NCBI GenBank assembly: GCA_038227875.1 | Contig: JBBRPR010000003.1 | Coordinates: forward strand, 1 to 64,000 | Source: Planctomycetota bacterium | Lineage (GTDB): Bacteria > Planctomycetota > SZUA-567 > H5-PLA8 | Length of the DNA stretch: 64,000 nt | Direction of reading: 5' to 3' | In this document: positions 11,973 to 21,528 of the stretch, piece by piece | How the letters are laid out: the number at the start of each line of letters is the position of its first letter | Numbering within the stretch: position 1 is the stretch's first letter | Made by a program: the position numbers and the translations under genes | Notes under the pieces: generated by a model | Seen by the model: the letters and a program-made list of their open reading frames with translations, nothing else | Told to the model about the DNA's origin: nothing | The model's database searches: none

Positions 11973-13052
11973 TTAGAAATTGGGTATGGACACCTTTTCT
12001 CCACCGCGCATCGCCGACGCATGCGCGCAGATGCCCGGCGCGCACCAGTTCGCCGCGCGGCGCGCGTGAATGTACGGCTGCCGACGCTCGACAATGCTTC
12101 GCACGAATTCGTTGGCCAGATGCGGATGAGAGCCGCCGTGTCCGCCGCTGGCGTGCGGGCGCAACGGTTCCGGCAGCAGATCCGGGCGGAACGGAATTGA
12201 GGGCAGGTCCTGCGCCGTAATCTTCCGCGCTTCTCCGGTCCGCGTCAGTGGCGCGATTGTGGTGAGGCGCGGTTCGTGCAGGCCGATCGTCGAAAACGTG
12301 CCGTGCTCGCCGAACACGTCAAACGCTTCGCCGCCATATGGTGCCGTCTCGAAAAGCGTGCGCGTCACTTCGGCTTTCACTGGCGTATTCTTGAGCGTGA
12401 AGATCGCCGTCTCGATGGGATAAGGATTGCCGTACTGTGTCGCCAGCTCTTCGCGCATCACGCCGGAACCGACGCAACTGGTCGAGACGGCTTGCGTGTC
12501 GAGAATGTCGAGCAGCGGCGCGACGGCGTGAGTCATGTACCACATCGGCGGCAAACCGCGCCACAGCGGGTTGTACGGTTCCAGGTCCTGCGAGTGGCAG
12601 CCGCGCAAAAACTGAATCTGGCCGAGCGTGTTCTCTGCTTTCAGATGCTTGGCGTAGAAATATTCGCGACCGTAAACAATCGTCTCCATCATCATGTAGT
12701 TGAGGCCCGTGCGTTCCTGTTCGGCGATGATGCGCTCGAGATCTTCGAGCGTATGCGCCATCGGCACCGCGCAGGCCACGTGCTTCCCCGCGCGCAACGC
12801 CTGGAGCACCGGTTCCGTGTGCTGCGTCACCGGCAGACAAATGTGCACGGCATCGTACTGTTTACCGCTGAGCACCTCCGCAAAATCCGAGTGCCTGCGG
12901 AAGCGCGCCGAATCGAAGCGGTCGAGCTGCTTCGGGTTGGCGTCGCAGAGACCCACTTCCGCGACATCGGGATGGAGGCGATATAGTTCCGCGAACGACG
13001 CTCCGAATCCCAGCCCGATCACCGCAATCCGCACCCGCGCACCGCTGCTCAT
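11973..13052 (-). CDS. Gfo/Idh/MocA family oxidoreductase
   Basis: IAVIGLGFG Rossmann motif; AGKHVACAVPMA; GGHGGSHPHL. Confidence 0.92.
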   Translation of the reverse strand: MSSGARVRIAVIGLGFGASFAELYRLHPDVAEVGLCDANPKQLDRFDSARFRRHSDFAEVLSGKQYDAVHICLPVTQHTEPVLQALRAGKHVACAVPMAHTLEDLERIIAEQERTGLNYMMMETIVYGREYFYAKHLKAENTLGQIQFLRGCHSQDLEPYNPLWRGLPPMWYMTHAVAPLLDILDTQAVSTSCVGSGVMREELATQYGNPYPIETAIFTLKNTPVKAEVTRTLFETAPYGGEAFDVFGEHGTFSTIGLHEPRLTTIAPLTRTGEARKITAQDLPSIPFRPDLLPEPLRPHASGGHGGSHPHLANEFVRSIVERRQPYIHARRAANWCAPGICAHASAMRGGEKVSIPNF

Positions 13053-13173
13053 GATTCACTCCTTGTATGATTTGAATTCACTACGTTCAAGACCTACTCA
13101 AAATAGACCATAGAAAGACGCTTCGGAATGGCTCTTTTGACCAATGACTTGTATAATTTGATAAGGAGGATGT

Positions 13174-14022
13174 ATGGACCTGACAAAGAACTACTTCCGC
13201 ACCGATGGTCTTCCCGACTGCGCGCTGGGCCGCGTCTTCGTCTTCGGCATCAAGATCAGTAGCAACGGCAGCGGCCGACCCGCGTCGCCGTCGCACTTGC
13301 GCCGCTGGCCGCGTCTGGCGCTGGTGTACACGCTCCGCGGCGAAGCAGAGTACCTCGATGGCAACGGCCATTCCGCAACGCTCACACCCGGCGACCTGCT
13401 GCTGATCTTCCCGGACTTCCCACAGTCGTTTTTTCCCAAAGACGGCGGCCGCTGGGATGAAATCTTTGTCGACATCGCCGGTCCGGCTGTTACGCCGTGG
13501 CTGGAATGCGGGTTGCTCGATCGTCGCCGCCCGATCTTGCCGCTCGCGCCGCTGCAGTACTGGGCGCGGCGAATCTGGGAGTTCCAGGAGTGCGGCAAAC
13601 ATCCCAGCGCCGAGGAGTCGGCCGTGCGCATCACCATGCTCCTGCGCTTTCTCGCCGACGCGGTCGCGCATCAGGCGCAGAATCGCGCGTCGTCCGATGA
13701 AAAGTGGCTGAACGCCGCGCGGCGGCAGCTCGAAGTCCGCTCACTTTCCGCACTGAATCTACATCGCGCTGCGAAGCAACTCGGTATGTCCTACGACAAC
13801 TTCCGCCAGAAGTTCGCGAAACTCGCCGGCTGCGCGCCCAAGCAGCACGCCGACCGCCACATCATCGCGCGGGCGTGCGAACTGCTGCTCAGCAGCCGCG
13901 AAAAATCCGCCGCCATCGCTGAAGAGCTCGGCTTCAGCGACGAATATCATTTCTCCAAACGCTTCAGCGAGATCATGGGCATGCCCCCGCGGGAGTTTAG
14001 ACGGCTGGCTCTTGGCTCGTAG
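13174..14022 (+). CDS. AraC family transcriptional regulator
   Basis: N-terminal cupin; C-terminal IAEELGFSDEYHFSKRFSEIMGMPPREFR; divergent from the oxidoreductase; AAGGAGG RBS. Confidence 0.95.
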   Translation: MDLTKNYFRTDGLPDCALGRVFVFGIKISSNGSGRPASPSHLRRWPRLALVYTLRGEAEYLDGNGHSATLTPGDLLLIFPDFPQSFFPKDGGRWDEIFVDIAGPAVTPWLECGLLDRRRPILPLAPLQYWARRIWEFQECGKHPSAEESAVRITMLLRFLADAVAHQAQNRASSDEKWLNAARRQLEVRSLSALNLHRAAKQLGMSYDNFRQKFAKLAGCAPKQHADRHIIARACELLLSSREKSAAIAEELGFSDEYHFSKRFSEIMGMPPREFRRLALGS

Positions 14023-14099
14023 CTCTTGGCACTTGGGAGACCTGTCGGTTAGTCAAAGCGTATCGACTTAACCGCGAAGACTCCCAAGAGCCAAGAGCC
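14006..14099. repeat. Heptamer-armed inverted repeat forming a long hairpin between convergent genes
   Basis: Left arm gctcttggcacttgggag, right arm ctcccaagagccaagagcc, inner stem cggttagtc/gacttaaccg. Confidence 0.8.
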
Positions 14100-14102
14100 G
14101 CC

Positions 14103-15848
14103 CTACTTCGTTCGCCCAAACTTCCCCGCCATCGCCATGTATGTCTTGTTGACGATCGCCTGCGACGTGGCGTTCAGGAAAACGGTGCTGACAGCGATCG
14201 AGACCTGGCTGGTGCCGGTGGTGCCGGTCAATCCCGATCCAGCCAGACCTGCGGCGAAGTTTCCTTTGATGAACTTGGCCGTGTACGTCGCGGCCTGAGC
14301 GGCGATTGCGCCTTTGGTTTTCTTGTAGTGCAGCTTGAAGCTGTCGCCGCCGGTATGGTACGAGCCCTTGGCATCGAGCGTGAACGTCTTGGTGATCGTG
14401 CCGACGTTGACGGTGACCGACTGCCCGGTTGGCGCGAATGCGGCGGGAATCTGGAGCGTGCCGCTGAAGGCTATCTGATCGTTGTCGGTCTTGGCGAAGT
14501 TGAGTTTTACCGAGAGCTTCGTCACGACCAGCGCGCCCGGCGACGTGCCGGTCGCGGTACCCGTTCCCGTACCTGTTCCAGTGCCCGTCCCGGTGCCGGT
14601 TCCCGAGCCGCCGCCATTCGGTCCGAGTCCATTACTCGCGCCCGCGCCGCTCCCGCCGGTGACGTGGAGCGTCGCCACGGCGCTGGTCGCGGTGCCGCCC
14701 GCGGTGGTGACGGTGCAGGTGTACTGCGCGCCATCGTCAGTCAAGTCAGCGGCGGCGATGGAGTACAACGCGACGCGCGCGGTGTTGATCACCAGACCGT
14801 TGCGCTTCCACTGGTATTGAATCGTGGCGTTGCCGGTCGCGGTGACGGAGAAGCTCGCCGCAGCTGCGGGCGCCACGGTGAGGCTCGCGGGTGCGCTGAC
14901 CGTCGGGGCCGGCTGCGGCGCGTCGCTGGCCGTCAGGACGGAGCCGGATTGGACGACTTCAAACGCTGAACCCGGAACCGTTTTGATCTGGTCGAGATCG
15001 GTATCGCTCCAGCTCGAATTCTGTTCACCGGAAATGTACCAGTCGCTGCCGTTATCGGCGACGATCATGCCATAGGTTTTCAGCGCCTGCAGCACCACCA
15101 GCGCCTGGCCGTGGTACGGCGTGAGATCAAAACCCTTCTGCAAGCGAAAGCGCGTGCCCATCGGCGGCGGATTGGGATCGATGGCGCCGGTGGTCAGATG
15201 TGTGGCGGGATGAATGTATCCCGGGCCGGCTTTGCGCACAGTGAACCGCAGCGCGTGAGTGATTTTTCCCGCAGCCGTTTCATCGTATCGCGCCAATCCG
15301 CAGAAGATGGGCAGTCCCGCCGCGTCCGCGGAGGTAAAGCCATCGGGGCGCAGCGCATTGCTTTTCAGATCGAAGCACGACGACTGGTCGGCCGTCCAGC
15401 CCGAGCCACTCACTTTGGCGTGATAAAGTTCGTAGAGCAGCGCGTTGTCCTTATCGAGCACCAGCACGTGGTTGTCGCCGCCAGGCGCGCCGCCGCCTTC
15501 GATCGGAGCCGTCAATGGGACAGGAAACGGGCCGGGATCGCTCTGATCGGGATAGCCGGTAACGGACGAGACAGTAATGGGCACCAGCAGTTGAGTGGAG
15601 GGCACTACCGTAAATGGAATTCCAAAGCTCGTGCCAAAATCGGGATGCAGAAATGTGTGGCCCATGTTGATGTATGCCACGTAGTTGGCGGAATTAAGGT
15701 TATCTGGTGGGTCGTTGGAGATGTCGCGATTCCACGCGTTGTCGTCGGGATAAATCTGACAGCCCTGAACGATTGTCGACGCCCGCGCCGAGGCAATTGC
15801 CGTGAGCATCCCAACTGCACAGGTGAGGACATGCAGACGTCGAATCAT
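14103..15848 (-). CDS. Secreted protein: uncharacterised N-terminal domain, Ig-like domain, (GT)n linker, basic C-terminal beta domain
   Basis: Signal peptide; HPDFG, GDNHVLV, TSADAAGLP, ADNGSDW motifs; YQWKRNG..YTCTV Ig fold; GTGTGT linker. Confidence 0.85.
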   Translation of the reverse strand: MIRRLHVLTCAVGMLTAIASARASTIVQGCQIYPDDNAWNRDISNDPPDNLNSANYVAYINMGHTFLHPDFGTSFGIPFTVVPSTQLLVPITVSSVTGYPDQSDPGPFPVPLTAPIEGGGAPGGDNHVLVLDKDNALLYELYHAKVSGSGWTADQSSCFDLKSNALRPDGFTSADAAGLPIFCGLARYDETAAGKITHALRFTVRKAGPGYIHPATHLTTGAIDPNPPPMGTRFRLQKGFDLTPYHGQALVVLQALKTYGMIVADNGSDWYISGEQNSSWSDTDLDQIKTVPGSAFEVVQSGSVLTASDAPQPAPTVSAPASLTVAPAAAASFSVTATGNATIQYQWKRNGLVINTARVALYSIAAADLTDDGAQYTCTVTTAGGTATSAVATLHVTGGSGAGASNGLGPNGGGSGTGTGTGTGTGTGTGTATGTSPGALVVTKLSVKLNFAKTDNDQIAFSGTLQIPAAFAPTGQSVTVNVGTITKTFTLDAKGSYHTGGDSFKLHYKKTKGAIAAQAATYTAKFIKGNFAAGLAGSGLTGTTGTSQVSIAVSTVFLNATSQAIVNKTYMAMAGKFGRTK

Positions 15849-16043
15849 GATAATGCTCCCTTTGTTGGTTAGGCGAGAGTTACTTTATCATGTATGTGAT
15901 ATTTTCCGCGCGTGCGGATTGATTTATTGGCCGAATTTCATCGCGGAATTGAGATACTTCTGCACCTGTAGAAATCTGCCACTGCCACTACCTTCTGCCT
16001 ACTCGCTTGCGCACGCCCATCTCTGACCCCTGACCCCAGCGCT

Positions 16044-17120
16044 TTAGCGCTGCACGCCTTTTCCCTTGATCTCCGCGTCCCAGCGCGCGATCCACTTCTC
16101 CAGGTTCTTATCGAGCACCGGCCAGTCGAGCTTCATCGGTTCGATCTTCAACGTGCGCATCCACTCGGGCAATTGATCGGCGGGGATGTCGGTGCGCGCG
16201 GGGAGGCGGTTGCGTTCGCGGGCCATCAGGATGAGCTGCTCGGGCGTGTTCACGAAGTCGTGGAAGAGTTTCGCGCCGGTGGGGTTCGGACCGTCTTTGA
16301 TCAGCGCGATCGGTTCGACCGGAACGATCGCCTCTTTCGGAATGATGTATTCGAAAGGAAAGCCGAAACTCTTCTGCAGCAGCGCGTCGGCCATGTTCCA
16401 GATCGTCACGGGGTAGCGGCCGCTCTTCATGTATTCGTAGAGCACCGGGGGATTGGCGGCGTACGCGCCGGTATTGGCGTCGAGTTTTTTCAGGAAGTCG
16501 AAGCCTGGTTCGGCGTCGCCGTTTTTAGTTCCGCGCAGGACCAGCGCGCCGAAAATGGTTTTCATCGTGGCGCTGGCGCGCACGTCGCGGATGGCGATCT
16601 TGCCTTTCCATTTCGCATCAAGCAGCGCGTCCCACGTTTCGGGGACGTCTTCACGCTTCAGCACGTCACGGTTGTACATGATCACTTCTGGCGTGCGGAA
16701 CGTCGCGACCCACGCGCCGGAGCCCGAGGGACTCTTCGCGTCGTCAGGAAGGTTTTTGATCCATTCCGGCGCATATGGCGTGAGCAGCCCGGCCGCTTCA
16801 GCGCGATTAAATTCAACCGGCGACCCGCCCCACCAGATATCCGCGCGCGGACTCTGCTGCTCGGCTTTCAGCTTCGCGAGAATCTCGCCGCCGCCGAGGT
16901 CGAGAAACTGGACCGTGTACTCCGGATGCGCGGCCTCGAAGCGCTTCTTGACGTCGCCCTCCAGCTCCGCACCGTGCGGTGAATACACGACGATGGCCTT
17001 CGCCGCGCCGCCGGATTCGCCGGACTTCGCGGGTGTCCCGGAGCCATTGCCGCAACCGGTGATCGCAAGCACGGCGAGGCATACGGCCAGCAGCAGTCGC
17101 GCCGAAACGGATTTGGACAT
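16044..17120 (-). CDS. ABC transporter solute-binding lipoprotein (AfuA/FbpA/ThiB-like cluster)
   Basis: LAITGC lipobox; VVYSPHG, PRADIWWGG, PETWDALLDAKWKGKI. Confidence 0.9.
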   Translation of the reverse strand: MSKSVSARLLLAVCLAVLAITGCGNGSGTPAKSGESGGAAKAIVVYSPHGAELEGDVKKRFEAAHPEYTVQFLDLGGGEILAKLKAEQQSPRADIWWGGSPVEFNRAEAAGLLTPYAPEWIKNLPDDAKSPSGSGAWVATFRTPEVIMYNRDVLKREDVPETWDALLDAKWKGKIAIRDVRASATMKTIFGALVLRGTKNGDAEPGFDFLKKLDANTGAYAANPPVLYEYMKSGRYPVTIWNMADALLQKSFGFPFEYIIPKEAIVPVEPIALIKDGPNPTGAKLFHDFVNTPEQLILMARERNRLPARTDIPADQLPEWMRTLKIEPMKLDWPVLDKNLEKWIARWDAEIKGKGVQR

Positions 17121-17315
17121 CCACCTCTCCTTTTTTAGCGAGTGCGTAGTGTACCGGAGAGTTTCGCAGCGCGCTAACGATCAACTTCGCTCCGAGGTGG
17201 CCGTTTTTAACCATGTGACCAATGGGTCATAAGGTTCGACTGATGTTCTGGAGAGCTATGGCAATTCGTGTAAAACCGCGCTCACGTTCATCCTATTTCA
17301 TTTCAAGGAGCATCT

Positions 17316-18677
17316 ATGGCGCGGCCAAATGTGATCATCTTCCTGACCGACGATCAGGGCTACGGCGATCTATCGTGCATGGGCGCGACGGACTTTCGCA
17401 CGCCACATCTCGATCAGCTCGCGGCCGACGGCGTGCGCTTCACGAATTGGTATTCGAATTCGCCGGTCTGTTCGCCGTCGCGCGCCGCGCTGCTGACCGG
17501 GCGCTATCCAGGCAATGCAGGGGTGCGATCGATCTTGAGCGGACATCGCAAAGCCAGCGGCCTGCCGCCCTCTGCTCACACCATTGCCACGGCTCTGAAA
17601 AAGGAAGGCTACCGCACCGCGATGTTCGGGAAGTGGCACTTGGGACTGCAGCCGCAGAGCCGGCCCAACACGCACGGATTCGATGAATTCTTTGGGTTTC
17701 TCGCGGGCTGCATTGACTACTACTCGCACATTTTTTACTGGGGCATGAACCAGGCCGGCCCCGGCGTGAATCCCACGCACGACCTCTGGCACAACGACCG
17801 CGAAGTTTACGACAACGGAAAATACTTCACGGAAATGATCGCGGAGAAATCCGTCGATTACATTCGCGCGTCAAAATCCACCGAAAAACCGTTTCTGCTG
17901 TACGTACCTTTCAACGCGCCGCATTACCCGATGCACGCGCCGAAAAAATACGTCGACCGCTTTCCCGGCTTGAGTCCCGACCGTCGCATCATGGCCGCGA
18001 TGGTCAGCGCTGTCGACGATGCCGTCGGTGACATCGTCGCGGAGCTGAAGCGACAGGAATTGTACGAGAACACCTTCATCTATTTTCAATCTGACAACGG
18101 TCCATCGCGCGAATCGCGCAACTGGCTCGACGGCCGCCTCGATCCGTACTACGGCGGCTCCGCTGGAAAATTGAAGGGCCATAAGTTCAGCCTCTTCGAT
18201 GGCGGCATCCGTTCACCGGGCATCATGACGCTGCCCAATCGCATCCCGGCAGGCCAGGTGCTCCATGGCATCGGCGCCGCCATGGATGTGTTTCCGACGC
18301 TGATGAACCTCATCGGCGCGGATGCCAGCGGCTATGAGCTTGACGGATCCGATCTCGTCCCGATGCTGACGAAAGGCTCCGCCAGTCCCCACGCGGAAAC
18401 GCCGGTCTTCTGGGAAATGGGCGAGCAGACTGCCGTCCGGCGCGGAAAGTGGAAGCTCGTGCTGAAAGGCCAGCTCGTTGAAGGCACGCCGCCCGACGAC
18501 GCTGTCTTCCTGGCCGATCTCGATGCCGACATGGGCGAGCGCGTAAATCTAAAGCATGCGCATCCGGAGCTGGTGAAGGAGCTCAGTGATCTGGCGTTGG
18601 CCTGGCGCACGAAGATTGAAGAGCGTTGGGAGAATCACTGGCTCAAGCAGGATTCCGGCACGACCGCGCACCACTGA
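17316..18677 (+). CDS. Sulfatase (formylglycine-dependent, Cys-type)
   Basis: PNVIIFLTDDQG, CSPSRAALLTGRY, GKWHLG, SDNG; no signal peptide. Confidence 0.97.
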   Translation: MARPNVIIFLTDDQGYGDLSCMGATDFRTPHLDQLAADGVRFTNWYSNSPVCSPSRAALLTGRYPGNAGVRSILSGHRKASGLPPSAHTIATALKKEGYRTAMFGKWHLGLQPQSRPNTHGFDEFFGFLAGCIDYYSHIFYWGMNQAGPGVNPTHDLWHNDREVYDNGKYFTEMIAEKSVDYIRASKSTEKPFLLYVPFNAPHYPMHAPKKYVDRFPGLSPDRRIMAAMVSAVDDAVGDIVAELKRQELYENTFIYFQSDNGPSRESRNWLDGRLDPYYGGSAGKLKGHKFSLFDGGIRSPGIMTLPNRIPAGQVLHGIGAAMDVFPTLMNLIGADASGYELDGSDLVPMLTKGSASPHAETPVFWEMGEQTAVRRGKWKLVLKGQLVEGTPPDDAVFLADLDADMGERVNLKHAHPELVKELSDLALAWRTKIEERWENHWLKQDSGTTAHH

Positions 18678-19079
18678 CTAGTTCGATTTCCGCCTCGAAA
18701 TTCGCGCGGGCTTGTTGCGACGTGAGTATTCGGCGGAGAGCTCACTGACCAGCGTCTCCCACTTTTTGAACGGCGTCGGTGGCACGATCACCTGCGTGTC
18801 AGAAATTCGCAGCGGCGCATGGCCGGCGCAGAGAAACGCTTTCGGCGGCGCACCCGCCACCGTGCGCGCCTCGTGCTCACCGCAAATCAGCGCGGGCCGC
18901 GCAAGAATTTCATCGAGTTCCGGCGCCTTCGCCCAAAACCCATCGATCAACACGACAACCCACCCCAGCCGCTCCTGCCGCACTACTCGGCAAGCGCCCA
19001 GCATTTCATTGGCAAGCGGCACAAGATAGACACTACCTTCCGCGACCGGAGTTCTCTCTGCTGCGGTGCCCATCGCCAT
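18678..19079 (-). CDS. Hypothetical protein, possibly Imm26-like
   Basis: EGSVYLVPLANEMLGACRVVR resembles the 'GDvF.vPL.dG.yg.grv' N-terminus. The track's upstream extension runs through a heptamer repeat. Confidence 0.6.
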   Translation of the reverse strand: MAMGTAAERTPVAEGSVYLVPLANEMLGACRVVRQERLGWVVVLIDGFWAKAPELDEILARPALICGEHEARTVAGAPPKAFLCAGHAPLRISDTQVIVPPTPFKKWETLVSELSAEYSRRNKPARISRRKSN

Positions 19080-19081
19080 TC

Positions 19082-19120
19082 CAATCCGCAATCCGAAATC
19101 CGCAATCCGCAATCCGCAAT
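19082..19120. repeat. (AATCCGC)n heptamer tandem repeat
   Basis: caatccg caatccg aaatccg caatccg caatccg caat. Confidence 0.9.
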
Positions 19121-19126
19121 GCCGTT

Positions 19127-20461
19127 CTAGTCTTCGACGCGGAAGAAACACGTCGGGCGTTTGACGAACGGAAGCGCCTCGATTTCGTCGAGCGCGCTAG
19201 TGAAGCGTTCTTCGATCGTGTTGTGCGTGAGCATCACCACCGGGACGTCGCCGCCTTCCTGCGGTTCCTTCTGAATCACCGAAGCGATCGAGACGCCGTG
19301 GGCGCCGAGCACCGTGGCGATGCGTCCCATCGCGCCGGGCTGATCGACGACGCGGAAGCGAACGTAATAACGGCTGCGGATTTTGGAGACCGGAATAACC
19401 GGCAGGTCCGCGCGCGGATTCTGAAAGAACTGGAGCTTGGTAAATGCCTGCCGCGCACTGCCGCGTGCCGCGTCGACAATATCCGAGACCACCGCCGACG
19501 CCGTCGGCATCATACCCGCGCCGCGGCCGTAGAGCATCACTTCGCCAACCGCATCGCCGCGCACCAGCACCGCGTTGTAGACATCGCGCACGCTGGCCAG
19601 CGGATGCGCAGCCGGGATCAGCGTCGGGTGAACGCGCAGTTCCAGGCCGCCGGGAATTTCGTCGGGATCGGCGCCCGGCCGGCGGCGCTTGGCGATCGCC
19701 AGCAGCTTGAGCGTGTAACCCAGCTCCGCCGCAAAGCGGACGTCGTCGATGCTGACCTTGTCGATACCTTCGACGTGAGCTTCCGCGAGATCGAACATGG
19801 AATGGAATGCGAGATTGGAAAGCAACACGAGTTTGTGCGCCGCGTCGATGCCCTGCACGTCCGTCGACGGATCGGCCTCCGCGTAGCCTTTGCTCTGCGC
19901 TTCGTAGAGCGCCTGCGCGTACGGCGCGCCGCTCTGGATCATACGCGTGAGAATGTAATTGGTGGTGCCGTTGACGATGCCGTGAATGCTGTCGATGCGG
20001 TTGGCGACCAGGCCGTCGCGGATCGCATCGATGACAGGAACGCCGCCGCAGACCGACGCTTCGAAACCGATCGACGTCTTATGGCCGAGCGCCGTCTCAA
20101 ACAATTCCTTGCCGTGCGTGGCCAGCAGCGCCTTGTTGGCCGTAACGACGGATTTGCCGGATTTCAGCGCTTCCAGCAGGAGCCCTCGCGCCGGTTCGAT
20201 GCCACCGATGACTTCGACGAGAATATCGATCTCCGGATCCTTGGCGATGCTCATCGCATCGGTGGTGAAGATCGACGGATCGGCGGCGGCCGCGCGGGCT
20301 TTCTTCAAATCGCGGACGGCAACGCGGTGGAGGCGGACATCGAGTCCGGTCTTGTCCTTCAGCGGCGGCCGGCTTTCGGAGAGAATCTGCGCCACGCCGG
20401 AGCCGACGGTGCCAAAGCCGAGCATTCCGACGCGAAAAATTTTCTTTGAGCTATCGTTCAA
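19127..20461 (-). CDS. hom: Homoserine dehydrogenase with ACT domain
   Basis: GMLGFGTVGSG, VVTANKA, FEASVCGGVP, NGTTNYIL, GYAEADP, GRGAG..PTASAV; TTG start after GAGG. Confidence 0.97.
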   Translation of the reverse strand: MNDSSKKIFRVGMLGFGTVGSGVAQILSESRPPLKDKTGLDVRLHRVAVRDLKKARAAAADPSIFTTDAMSIAKDPEIDILVEVIGGIEPARGLLLEALKSGKSVVTANKALLATHGKELFETALGHKTSIGFEASVCGGVPVIDAIRDGLVANRIDSIHGIVNGTTNYILTRMIQSGAPYAQALYEAQSKGYAEADPSTDVQGIDAAHKLVLLSNLAFHSMFDLAEAHVEGIDKVSIDDVRFAAELGYTLKLLAIAKRRRPGADPDEIPGGLELRVHPTLIPAAHPLASVRDVYNAVLVRGDAVGEVMLYGRGAGMMPTASAVVSDIVDAARGSARQAFTKLQFFQNPRADLPVIPVSKIRSRYYVRFRVVDQPGAMGRIATVLGAHGVSIASVIQKEPQEGGDVPVVMLTHNTIEERFTSALDEIEALPFVKRPTCFFRVED

Positions 20462-20545
20462 CGGCGTGCCTCGTTCGTGACTGATTTTGCGTGTAACAGA
20501 GCACAGATTGCTTACGATACTTGAAGCGATGGCTCGAGGCAATCC

Positions 20546-21475
20546 ATGTTGAAACGTTTCGTGTTCCCTTTCCTGATGATTTCTCTGGCGGCGCTCGCTG
20601 CCGATCCGGAATCCACGCCCGCTCCGAAACTTCCCGACGCCCCCGTCCGATACACCTGCGGCGAACCGACGGCTGACGAGCAGTACGTGCTCCAGTTAAT
20701 CAACCGCGGACGCATGGACCCGAAGGCGGAAGGCAAGCGCCTGAACGTGGATCTTTCCGAAGGACTCGAACCCGGCGAGAAAATGCGGCTGGAATCGAAG
20801 CCGCCGCTGGCAATGAACGCAGCGCTGCTGAAAACGGCGCGCGATCACAGCAAGGATATGTACGACCGCGCGTATTTCGATCACACCTCGCCGGATGGCA
20901 AACGGTTCATGCAGCGGATCAAGGACAGCGGCTACGCGTTCTCTGCGATCGCGGAGAACATCGCCGCCGGTTCCAATCACTCGCCCGCGGAATTGCATGA
21001 CCTGCTCGTCGTCGACGGGGACACGCCCGGCCGTGGCCACCGCTGCAACCTATTCGGACTTCACGAAGGCACATCCAAGCTGCGCGAGGTCGGCGTGGGC
21101 GTTTACACCAACGAAAAGAAGAACGCCGATGAGCTTACCACTCTGCTGACACAGGATTTTGGCGTGCTGGGCGTCCACGCCAAGCCAATTCTCACGGGGG
21201 TAGTCTACGCCGACAAAAACGCGAACGGATTCTACGATCCCGGCGAAGGCCTCGCCGGCGTCACGGTAAAACTCGACGACGGCAGCGCCTTCGCGATCAC
21301 CAACGCGGCCGGCGGCTGGGCAATCCCCGTTTCGCCGGGCCGCGCGAAACTCACGGTCTCCGGCGGAGACTTCGAAAGCACCGCGACCGCGTCGGTGAGA
21401 GTGACCAGCGACAACGTGGAGCTCGATTTTATTTCAGGAAAGAGCGAGGCGGTCGTGAACTTCGGAAAAGAATGA
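20546..21475 (+). CDS. Secreted CAP (SCP-like) domain protein with SdrD-B/carboxypeptidase-regulatory-like C-terminus
   Basis: ARDHSKDM..YFDH, AENIA, GHRCNL; TGVVYADKNANGFYDPGEGLAGVTV. Confidence 0.88.
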   Translation: MLKRFVFPFLMISLAALAADPESTPAPKLPDAPVRYTCGEPTADEQYVLQLINRGRMDPKAEGKRLNVDLSEGLEPGEKMRLESKPPLAMNAALLKTARDHSKDMYDRAYFDHTSPDGKRFMQRIKDSGYAFSAIAENIAAGSNHSPAELHDLLVVDGDTPGRGHRCNLFGLHEGTSKLREVGVGVYTNEKKNADELTTLLTQDFGVLGVHAKPILTGVVYADKNANGFYDPGEGLAGVTVKLDDGSAFAITNAAGGWAIPVSPGRAKLTVSGGDFESTATASVRVTSDNVELDFISGKSEAVVNFGKE

Positions 21476-21486
21476 GTAGGAACCTC

Positions 21487-21516
21487 TGACCCTGGGGACA
21501 GCTGTCCCCAGGGTCA
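21487..21516. terminator. Perfect 30-bp palindrome between convergent genes (probable bidirectional terminator or REP)
   Basis: tgaccctggggacag-ctgtccccagggtca. Confidence 0.7.
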
Positions 21517-21528
21517 AACTGACATTGC

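Noticed and set aside
18779..20449. 556-aa + strand ORF, and similar long ORFs opposite sdhA, mscK, lysC and ppaC
   Set aside because: Antisense to well-supported genes; such ORFs are expected in GC-rich DNA.
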